NCBI RefSeq assembly: GCF_004010195.1
Contig: NC_057755.1
Coordinates: 9,676,202 to 9,740,108 of the forward strand
Reading direction: 5' to 3'
DNA from: Chiloscyllium plagiosum
Lineage: Eukaryota
DNA: 63,907 nt
Below are positions 38,779 through 48,849 of the stretch, piece by piece. The position numbers and the translations under genes were made by a program. The stretch's first letter is position 1; the number at the start of each line of letters is the position of its first letter. Under the pieces are notes generated by a model. That model did not search any database. It saw nothing but the letters and a program-made list of their open reading frames with translations, and was not told the origin of the DNA.

Positions 38779-40774
38779 AAGTGCAATCATTATTGAGAAA
38801 ACACAATTCAAACTCTGGCGACTCCCTGTTTTACTAACTGTTTCCCCGATCTGTCTCAGTTAGCATTCAACATTTGCTGTTGCTACGACCTTTCTGGACT
38901 TGAAGTGTCTATGGAGCATCATCCACCAAGAAATAATCGACAATTCTTTCCATGCATGGTTTCAAAAATCTCTAACTGCTTGTTTGTTTTCTATTTTAAG
39001 AAGAGCTCACAGGTCACATCTCCAAATCGAAAATTACAAAACAATGAATAAAATAAGACAATACCTTTAAAAATCAGCAAGGGCTCTAACAAATGACTTG
39101 TCAATTAAAGGATCCAGAATACTCACACTAGAAAATAGTACTATGAGTGAGATGGCTGATATTTACTGTTTACATGCAAGTATTGTGCACAGGTATCAGA
39201 TGTTCAGTATTTTAGATGCATAGAAACATAGAAGATAGTAGCAGGAAGATACCATTGGGCCATTTGATCCTGCTCTGCCAGTCATCACAATGATGGTCGA
39301 TCATCCAACTCAATAGTCTAATTCTGTTTTCTCCCCATTGCATTTCATCCCATTCGCCCCAAATGATATATGAAGGTGCCCCTTGAACTCATTCAACATT
39401 CTGGCGCCAAGTATAATAATTAAACCCAGGCTCACCTCACATTGGGTGAAGAAATGTCTCCTCATCTCCGTACTAAAATGCTCCACCCCGAATGTGTCAG
39501 ATTTTTAGCTGGTGTGCACAATTGACAACTCATTTGTAAACGTATTCCAATGAAATATGCAAGCTATTCTCCTCATTAAAGAGTATACGTCATTGATCAG
39601 GGTTGATATAACACGTTCCAGTGTCTAACGGTAAAGCCAATTTTATGTTGTGACTCCTTTGAGGGATTCGTTTAGCCAACAGAATCAAAACCTTAATGTG
39701 ATTTTACAAATACAAGAAATTAACAGCTAGTGATAGAATTGAGATGCACAATATTCAGTAAGGTCGCTGATGAACTGGAACAATTGAATTGAAATAAATC
39801 AAATCGACTGAGTAGGCATTTGATTTGTGAATGCAGAATGGTGTTAATGGCTTGTCAGGAGAAGAGGTTATCATGTAGGATTAATCTTCAAAAAATCTCC
39901 CCTCATCTTAGGCAGGGTGATCCACAGGTTAAACGTGACCAGTTCTCTCTCACACTCACACACACACATACACACGCACACACACACGGGCAAAGAGACC
40001 TCATATCCATGTCACAATTAAACCAAAGTTTTATGCAGTCTCAGAGACACAAAGCAATCTCGATTGTATCTCTCTTTGTATATATATAAAATATATGATG
40101 TGTGTATGCGTGTGTGTGGGCGTGTGTCTGGGTGTGTGTACATCTCTATTTCCATTCATTATTTTTAAAAATTAATTTCGTCTAGAAACAACGTCTACAA
40201 TTTAGAATTAATGCAAAGAACAGCAGACAGGAGCAAATTATCCAAGACATTAACATCTGCAGTGCCGGAGGAGGTCACGAGAGGGTGCCAATGCGTCGCA
40301 ATAATCACAAGGGGTCGTCTCTTCAGGACGCTTGGTCCTAACCCTCACCCTATCCTCCCTTCTTCTCGACTCCCCAAACAGTGAAAATGGCTTATCGATC
40401 CTGTCTCTTCCTGTTAATAGCCCTGCTGGCTTTGATTAGGCCATCCTTCAACCTTTTGAATTTCAGTGAAAAAAAGGTGTTATTTGCGTAAACTCTCCTC
40501 ATAACTTTAACTCTGAAATCCAGGTACCATTCTTGTTAACCTACATTGTAATCCCTCCATGGCTGCTCTTTACTTCTTAAGGTGTAGGGCCCAGATCTGC
40601 TCACAGTGCTCCAAGAGGGGTCTAACCGGGGTCTGGAATCACTGCAGCAGAACAGCTGCATTGTCATACTTCAGTCTTCTAGACATAAATGCCAGCATTC
40701 CATTCGCCACCTTGATTACGTTTAACAATGATCAATGCAATTAAACCTCCAAGTTCAGTCAGATATTAAGGGGC

Positions 40775-41340
40775 TATGCAGCATTATTGCCTCACAGCTG
40801 CAGAGGCCTGGATTCGAGTCCACCATCGAGTGACTGTCTGTTTACACACACGCCACATCTATGTGTGGGTATCCTCCCACAGTCTGGTGATGTGCAGGTT
40901 AGGGTGGATTGGCTGTGGTAAATTGTCCCTTAGACTCCAGGGATTTGCAGGTTGGGTGGTTTCACCATGCTAAATTGTCCCACAGTATTCAGATATGTGT
41001 AGGTTCGGTTGGATGGCCATGTTGAGTTGTCCTGTAGTGTCCAGTGATGTGAAATTTATGGTGGTTTGGCCATGTTACATTGTACCAAATTATCCAGGGA
41101 TGTGCAGGTTAGGGTGGATTGGCTGTGTTAAATACTCCTATAGGTGTCTGGGAATGAACAAGTTAAGTGGATTTGCTATGCTATATTGTTTCGTAGAGTC
41201 CAGGGATGTGCAGTCTATGTGGGTTAGTCATGGGAAGCGCAGGGATATGGTGGTTTCTGAGTAGAATGCCCTTCAGAAGGTCGGTTTGCACTTGATGGGT
41301 CCTATGATCTGTTTCAACACTGTAGGGGTTCCATGATCCT
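40775..41340 (+). mobile_element. Old HE1 SINE with ~7 internal ~53-bp tandem units
   Basis: Repeated GATGTGCAGGTTAGGGTGGATTGGC...CCAGG at ~53-bp spacing from 40889. Confidence 0.8.
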
Positions 41341-41761
41341 CTGTGTTTGATTTCATACCATGATGTAATCGACATTATTACACTCCTCTGGTAAACGTGA
41401 CTCTTGCAGCTGGGACTCACTTTCAGAGGTAAGGATACTATCACTTTAGCCCACTTCCCGTCGCCTAGTTTCCTACAACGAGTATTTTCGTGAAGCCTTA
41501 TTCTCTGTCCCCATTGCCTTTTTTTTTGTTGTTTTGGTCGTTACCTTTAAATAGCACTCCTTTTGGAAATGACCTACGACCTGTTGCTAACACCCCCTTT
41601 GGATCCAGCTCTTGTTTGTGTTGCTGCTGGTTGGGGTCAGAGTGGGAGCTGAGCTCGGGGAGGAGAAGGATGAGGCAGAGGGATAGTGGTAGGGGGAGAG
41701 AAGCAAGTGAATGGATTGATGGATGGCCTCACGATACTCATGGACTGAAAAAATTGGCAGG

Positions 41762-41916
41762 ATCCCATGTTTCCGCTGTCACGCTGTGTTTGACCTTTGT
41801 TCAGGGTGCGCCCGGGAGTCGAACTTGAGAGCAAGCATATTCTGGAAAAAAGGCAGAGTAAGTGAAGACGTAACAGGGCAATGATTAAAACTCAGCAAAC
41901 ATGGAGCCAGTGAGAC
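41762..41916 (+). repeat. ~155-bp element, inverted partner of 60013-60166; overlaps the putative NLR promoter / first exon
   Basis: Colinear alignment to the reverse complement of 60013-60166, including 23 identical nt AATGATTAAAACTCAGCAAACAT. Confidence 0.85.
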
Positions 41917-42000
41917 CGGAAAAGATTGACACAGGGAAATAACAGTGATAGCTCGGCCTTCTTTGCATTAATTGTCTGAGGCAACATTCACCAACAGTGG
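41830..42000 (+). other. Putative non-coding first exon of the NLR-like gene (start uncertain)
   Basis: Strong donor TGG|GTAAGG at 42000/42001; matching strong acceptor TTCTCCCCACGCAG| at 43314 upstream of the ATG. Confidence 0.4.
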
Positions 42001-42224
42001 GTAAGGTTGTGGTCATATATTACTGGTGAAATCCCAGGGATTTATTGCTCGGTTGGACAGCCTACAACCATGAGGCTGCTGTATTACACCAACTCGTTCC
42101 ACGTTAGCGTCTCGTGCTTGCTTTTCCGTGTCAGCTTTTGACCACAAACAAGGTCAGAAAGCAGTCAAACCCTGGCAACAGAAACTTATGAGGAAACTCA
42201 GGAGGTCTGGCAGCATTTGTGAAA

Positions 42225-42378
42225 ACAGAGACAGACAGACAGAGAGACAGACAGACAAAGTGACAGAGAGAGAGAAAGAGAGAGAGGGGGGGACAGAGAC
42301 AGACAAACAGACAGACAAACATAGACATAGAGATAGAGAGTGAGAGACACAGAGAGAGCCAGAGAGAGAGAGAGACAG
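42225..42378. repeat. (GA)n/(GACA)n microsatellite
   Basis: Direct inspection. Confidence 0.9.
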
Positions 42379-42380
42379 GG

Positions 42381-42507
42381 AGGAGAAAGTGAGGACTGCA
42401 GATGCTGGGGTTCAGAGCTTAAAAATGTGTTGCTGGAAAAGCACAGCAGGCCAGGCAGCATCAAAGGAGAAGGAGAAGGGACGTTTCGGGCATAAGCCCT
42501 TCTTCAG
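42381..42507 (-). mobile_element. Short Penelope-type hammerhead element
   Basis: CTGAAGA A GGGC TTAT GCCC GAAA CGTC; same family as 20534-20663. Confidence 0.85.
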
Positions 42508-43683
42508 AGAGACGGAGAGACCTAGTTAACGTTTACGAAACATTCCTGGAGAAATTCAGCAGATCTGGCGGTATTGCTAAAAAGACAGAGCCAGAAACAG
42601 GGTTAAAGTGTCACATCTAGTGACCTTTCCTCATAGTCCTGAGACTTTCAGTATACTGATGAAGAGAATCTGGATAAGCTAAGGTTGATTTATTTGGAGG
42701 GGAGAACCCGATAGAGGTGTCTAATAATATGAGAACATTAGGTGGATATTTCTGAAAATGGACAATGATTTGGGATGGTTGTTGGACTCACTAAACATCC
42801 ATCAGTTGGGTTCATAATTGACCATCTGCTTGGGTAGGATTCAGATCCCTGACTGCCTAGCATTCAGCTATCTCTATAGATTCTTTAACCCATTAACTTT
42901 TAATCTGTGTTTCCTGAATGTCGGCTTTTCCATCATTGAGATAGATCTCACGCTGCCTATTATGCCCAGCCTGTTCAGGATATGGAACACCTCCAACGAA
43001 TCCCTCCTCAACCGCCTTATCTTTGAGCAGAAGGATCTGAATATATCTGGTTGACATGCAACTGAAAACTCTGGAAATATTCTTCAATCTTTGCCACCAC
43101 CTGGTGTTACAGTAGGGTCAGCATTATCACATTCGTTGAGTCACTACAGATATTGTTCCTTTATCAACCTCTGTCTACGGCTTCACTTCTCTCAAATTAT
43201 TGCCTAAACAGAAGAAGGAGAACTGGCAGGGGCGAGGGGGGAGGAGGGGGAAGGGGATTGGGGTCCAAATGTCTGTAAAATAAAACCTCTCTTTTGTAAA
43301 TTCTCCCCACGCAGGAAATCAACTTGATTGTGGATGGAATTCCCTCAGGAGGAAATGGAGAAATGAACTTAGGGACGAAGGATTAAAAACTGTTCGCTCT
43401 CCACAATGGTACGCTACTTCACTAGACACATCTCGGCAGTAGGGGGAACTCGAACCCAGCCTCCAACTCATAAGTAGGGACGCTACAACCGCACCACACG
43501 ACCCTCGAAGTGAAGCAACTGCCGAGCTACAGGTGGCGTTAGATGACCCTTCAATGTACATTTGGAATATGAGCTTTTTACCGGGGTGGTGGACAGAATC
43601 CACCAGGCGAAACATAAAGGATTGGATTAAATAGTATCAGAAGAAGGAGTAGGGATTGGACGTCAAATCATTCAGTTGGAAGA

Positions 43684-44056
43684 ATGGCCAACATGGAAGT
43701 AGCGAATAAATCAGACTCTACACACAAGGATGGAGTCTGGAAGAAGCAGAGAGAGCCGTTTGCCACCGGAACTGATAAAGATCTTTGTTGTTTTCGGCGA
43801 TTGTTCAGTTGCCTCTGTTGTCAGTCCCGAAGCATGGATTTGAGAGAAAACGCGTCACTTGTAGCAGTGGAAGACGTCAGTCCCCATTACTGTCTCTCCA
43901 ACCCTGCCTTCACGACTTACCCTCACGATTCCCGTACTGAGGATCATCAAACACCCAGGGTGACCTCACCAATGATGCCGGACATGACAGATTCGGAAGA
44001 TGCAGAGCCACAAGAGGTCAAGCAGGATCAGGCATCGGCTAACGAAGGAAGCACAG
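43684..44056 (+). CDS. NLR-like gene, first coding exon (124 aa, Cys-rich motif, no recognisable CARD/PYD)
   Basis: ATG in good context (AGAATGG); open non-repetitive frame; donor CAG|GTAGAA in phase 1 matches the phase-1 acceptor at 55570. Confidence 0.65.
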
Positions 44057-44323
44057 GTAGAAAGGATTTTGTTAAAATTGAGAAGGTACAGAAACGATTC
44101 ACATGGGTCTGGCCGGGAATATCCTTTTATTTCCATATTTCCATTCAAGGCCAATCTGGCTCACATTGCTATCGTGCATTGTAAAATATCACAATGCGAG
44201 GCCATAGATTGTAGGGCCAAAGGGGAAAAAGTTAAAAGGGACCGAAGAGGGAAATTTCTCGCGCAGAGTTTGGTGCATGTGCAGAATGAGCAGCCAGAGG
44301 AAGTGGTGGAGGTTGGTACAATG

Positions 44324-44531
44324 TTGAAACTTTATTGCTGGAACAGCACAGCAGGTCAGGCAGCATCCAGGGAACAGGAGATTCGACGTTTCGGGCACAG
44401 GCCCTTCTTCAGGAACCTGTGCCCGAAACGTCGAATCTCCTGTTCCCTGGATGCTGCCTGACCTGCTGTGCTGTTCCAGCAATAAAGTTTCAACTTTGAT
44501 CTCCAGCATCTGCAGACCTCACTTTCTCCTC
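44324..44531. mobile_element. Young foldback Penelope-type element (79-bp perfect inverted arms) with 15-bp TSD
   Basis: Arms 44323-44401 and 44416-44494; TSD GAGGTTGGTACAATG at 44309-44323 and 44532-44546. Confidence 0.92.
44380..44417 (-). ncRNA. Minimal type I hammerhead ribozyme motif, intact
   Basis: GGTTC-CTGAAGA-A-GGGC(CTGT)GCCC-GAAA-CGTC^GAATC: 5-bp stem I (one G-U), 4-bp stem II. Confidence 0.75.
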
Positions 44532-45899
44532 GAGGTTGGTACAATGACAACATTGTAAAGGTATCAAGATGGGTATATGAATAGGAAGGGTTTAGATGGA
44601 TATGGGTCAAGTGCTTGCAAATAGCACTCGATTAATTTAGCATATCTGGTCGGCCTGGTCGATTTGAGCAGAAGGGTCTATTTCAGTGCTGTGCTGGACT
44701 CTCTGGCTTGAGTGTAAAACAAAGTCTGTTTATTTTCTCTTCTGCTGATTGGCTCTCACCCAGAAACTGAGCCTGACGTTGTCCTGTACATTTCTTGTTA
44801 CTACTATCCTAACAGTTCTCACTGTGTGAAACTGAAGAACAGTTATACTGGAATTATTGACCTATTCATCTCCTGATGCTACCTGGCTCCGTGTGATCTT
44901 CCAGCCTCCTGTTTGTTTACTGTCTGAAAGTGAAGGCATGTCATTTGTCACCTAGCATTGAAAGCTATATGAATTAAGAATTACATATAACACAGAAAAA
45001 TTGGAGACTAATTTACTTCGTCATTGGTTTGTTATTTCAGCATAAAGAAATGCAAATTGACAACAACTGTTTATGTAATCTGCATGCAGTATGTTTTTAT
45101 CTTCAAACTATTATTTGAGTATAATTATGGCTTACCAAGGTGATCCAGTAAATGGATTTAATTTTAAACAGCCAACATGTGAACATTCCATGTACATACT
45201 GAGGCCTCAATTATGTTGTCCTCAAATGTATGTACATATCGCCTTGTGGTTAGACTCCATTTACAACTCACTGGCTATAATAGAGAACTACCTGAATTAC
45301 ACTACAGACCAACCAGATCACAGGGCTACTGTCTCATTGGAGAGAAAGTTGATGTTCACCAGGCCTCTGCCAAGGAGTGATGTTGAGAATTAATGCATTT
45401 TTGTGGTTACCTCAGCTGATGCAGGAATTGAACCCTCACTGTTGGTCTCATTTCACATCGTCAGCCAGTTGTCTAAACTATCCGCACCCCTGAATCAGTC
45501 ACAGCCCACCTCACAAAAAGCACAAATCATTAGATTACAAAGCAGCAGATATTCCCTCGAGAGAGCCCAAAAGTTTACCATCTCCTATCTCGGCATCATC
45601 GTCCAGTCATGCGCTCACGACCAGCCAGCACTCTCTGTGAACTTGCCTTGCCAAGACATCATTATCAAAACAAGCATAATTGAAGGCATTAGCAAGGGAA
45701 ACCCATCATTATGAAACCTGATACTAACAGCTGGCGTGAGACTTTTCTTAGGATACACTCAAAAACTGAAAGTAGACCGGACTGGGGAAGAGCCCAATAA
45801 TACAAAATAAAAACAACCTCTTCTATCCTCAATGAGTATCCACCTACGTCACAAGTTTTAATGAACCGTTTCAGTACAGGGTGCAAAATTGCAAAGCAA

Positions 45900-46205
45900 G
45901 GTGACACTCTGGTTCAATGGTTAGCACTGCTGTCTCACAGCACCTGGAACCTGGATTCGATTCCAACCTTGGGTGACTGGCTGTGTACAGTTTGCATGTT
46001 CTCCCTGTGTGTGTATGTTTTCTTTGGGTGCTCCGGGTTTCTCCCACAATCTAAACGTGTGCAGTTTTGGGTGGATTGGCCATGGTGACAATGAATGTGA
46101 AGCCAAGGTCAGTTAGTGGTGGGTCTGGATGAGATGCTCCTTGGAGGTTCAGTGAGGACTCGATGGGCTGAATGCCTTCCTTGCACAGCGTAGGAATTCT
46201 GTGAT
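45900..46205 (+). mobile_element. Degenerate HE1 SINE
   Basis: TGGTTCAATGGTTAGCACTGCTGTCTCACAGC...GGATTCGATTCC. Confidence 0.85.
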
Positions 46206-46938
46206 AATATTCAGTCTGATTCATTCCCCAACACTGATAACTGTTTAAACTTACCCACACGTTGTATGCAATGGGAACGTGATGGTCTCATGGAATTATC
46301 GCTGGAATATTAACGCAGAGACAAAGTTCATGGGGGTCCATGGTCACATCCAACTTTGATTTTTTTTTAAGAAGCCTGGAATTAAGAGACTAATGACCAT
46401 AAATCCGTTGTTGATTGTTGGCAGAAATCACTCGGGTGCACTGAGGTCCATTCAGGAAGTAAGCTGCTATCTTACCTGTGGCTACACGTGACTCCAGACC
46501 CACAGGAATGTGGTTGACCCTTAACTGCCCCCTGCGATGAGCATTAAATCCTGGTCTAACCAGCAATGCAAAATTCTGTGAACGACTAGGATATATAATC
46601 ACATATGAAGTTGATTGAGAAGTCATTCTCCAATTTGATTTAAGGCTATGTTTAATGTTTTGTTTGTTCTCCCACCCTGACTTTTGCAACTGAACACATG
46701 CGACATTAATGTGTATTCAGTAGAAGCAGGAGCAGCAGACATTTCCTCAGAATGGGCACAATGGTTACCATTTCCCATTTGATTACCATCATCCAGACAT
46801 ACACCGATAACCAGCCAGCGCTCTCTGTGCATTTGCCTTACCGAGACATTTACGAAACAAGCATAATTGAAGGCATAGGCTAGAGAAATGGATTATTGTG
46901 AAGCCTGTTATTAACAGCTGATGTGTTACTTTTCTTAG

Positions 46939-46995
46939 GCTGCACTCAAGAACTGGAGGTAGACCACACTGGGAAAGAGCCTAATCATCCAGAAG
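46939..46995 (+). CDS. Putative 57-bp symmetrical (phase 1-1) exon of the NLR-like gene, GC donor
   Basis: TTACTTTTCTTAG|GC TGC ACT...CCA GAA G|GCAAGT; encodes (G)CTQELEVDHTGKEPNHPE in frame with the flanking exons. Confidence 0.5.
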
Positions 46996-47246
46996 GCAAG
47001 TAACCTGCGTAATCCACAAATTTAATAACTATCCCTTCAAAAGTTGCAATGCACTGTTCCAGTACAAGGCATTTGAAACTCTCCGCAGTATTAACAATGA
47101 AGAGAAAATAGAAATTCCAACTCATCTCCATTCTGTGTGGTATCACAAATTGGTATCATATACACCAATCACCTTCATTTATTTTTGCACAGGACACAGG
47201 CTGTGAAGTGCCAACTCGGAATCAATCCTCCACAACTTCGAAGTCC

Positions 47247-47640
47247 AACACAGTGTAGAAACAGGGCCTGCGGCCCAACAAGCCTACATTGACTTTCTGA
47301 AGAGTAACCCATGCAGACCCATTCCGCTACTCCATTATCCCCCGAACAATGCAACTCACCTACACAATCCCGACCAACATGGCAATTCAGCATGGGCAGT
47401 TCACCTAACCTAGGCCAAAGTGAGGACTGCAGATGCTGGAGAATAGAGTCAAGGTTATAGTGGTGCTGGAAAAGCACAGATCAGGCAGCATCCAAACAGC
47501 AAGAAAATTGATGTTTCAGGCAAAAGCAAAAGCCCTTCATTGTCGATTTTCCTGCTCCTCGGATGCTGCCTGACCTGCTGTGCTTTTCCAGCACCAAATC
47601 TAATATTGACACCAATCTCCAGCATCTGCAGTACCCACTT
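47247..47640. mobile_element. Partial HE1 SINE (minus, ~47247-47415) abutting a decayed foldback Penelope-type element (~47416-47640)
   Basis: AAAGTGAGGACTGCAGATGCTGGAGA ... TCTCCAGCATCTGCAGTACCCACTT inverted arms. Confidence 0.8.
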
Positions 47641-48269
47641 CTGACTCACGACCGAACTGCCCCAGGCCAGTTTCTTCCAGGCTGGTTGTCGACCACTCAG
47701 TTCCCAGTTGCCCCGCGTACTAACTGGATCACCCTCGGCCACTTTCCTATGAGCAGGTTGTCAATCATTTGGTCTCCGGTCGCCGTGTACTTGCTGTACT
47801 CCCCAGGCCCCCTTTTTCTTCCAGGCCAGGTATCGGCCTCCCGGTTCCCAGACACCCTGCACACTAACTAAACCACCCTCTGGCCTATTTCCTACACAAG
47901 GGCGGTCTGCCTTCCAGCTCCGGGCCACACCATGTAGTCGTGACACTTTTACCTGGTCGCATTCTGACGGACCAGCCATCGATTGTCCAGTTACCAGCCT
48001 TCCTGCATAATTACTGGTCCTCTCCCGGTCGACCTTCCTACGGGCTGCTATCGGCTACCTTCCTCAGCCTCCCCCCTTGCCTGTGAGCACAGTATCAGTT
48101 GCCTGACTTTAACTGCCCCTGTACTGACAGTCTCTTTCTGGACAGCTTTCCTCCAAATTTGTCATCAACCCTGCGGCCTCAAGCTAGATAGTATACTGGC
48201 TGCTCTACCCAGACCAGCTTTCCTATGGGATAACTGTTGGCTACCTGGCCCCAGTCACCCCGTGTGTTA

Positions 48270-48590
48270 GATTAGATTAGATTACATTACATTACAGTGT
48301 GGAAACAGGCCCTTCGGGCCAACAAGTCCACACCGACCCGCCGAAGCGAATCCCACCCATACCCCTACATTTACCCCTTACCTAACACTACGGGCAATTT
48401 AGCATGGCCAATTCACCTGAGCCTGCACATCTTTGGACTGTGGGAGGAAACCGGAGCACCCGGAGGAAACCCACGCAGACACGGGGAGAACGTGCAAACT
48501 CCACACAGTCAGTCGCCTGAGGCGGGAATTGAACCCGGGTCTCAGGCGCTGTGAGGCAACAGTGCTAACCACTATGCCACCGTGCCGCCC
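48270..48590 (-). mobile_element. Young full-length HE1 SINE, probable 7-bp TSD
   Basis: Reverse complement of the 37977-38297 family; TGTGTTA at 48263-48269 and 48593-48599. Confidence 0.95.
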
Positions 48591-48849
48591 ACTGTGTTAA
48601 ACAGACCTCCCGCCAATCTGCTTCACCAAGCCTGTCGTTGACTTTCCAGCCCCTGGCCACCCCACGTATTGACTAGCCCACTGTGGCCCGCATCCCTCTG
48701 GGTCAAATATCGGCTCCTCAACCTCTGGATAACCCCGCGTATTAACTGGCCGTGAGCCAGACTTCTAGTGCATGGGTCGGCTGAGGGCTATTGAGCACCT
48801 AAACCCTCACAATCCCCAACTGGCCTACTAACATCTAGCTATCCAATGC

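Larger units (their letters stand above)
44058..44705 (+). mobile_element. CR1 3' fragment starting inside the splice donor
   Basis: RKDFVKIEKVQKRFT...NEQPEEVVEVGT...GYMNRKGLDGYG. Confidence 0.85.
45575..47070 (+). repeat. Diverged direct duplication of ~310 bp (45575-45882 and 46765-47070), each centred on a mini-exon
   Basis: Shared blocks ACCAGCCAGC.CTCTCTGTG, AAACAAGCATAATTGAAGGCAT, ACTTTTCTTAGG. Confidence 0.85.

Noticed and set aside
43315..43683. N-terminal coding extension from the acceptor at 43314
   Set aside because: In-frame TAA near 43384 and a SINE relic at ~43420-43500; treated as 5' UTR.
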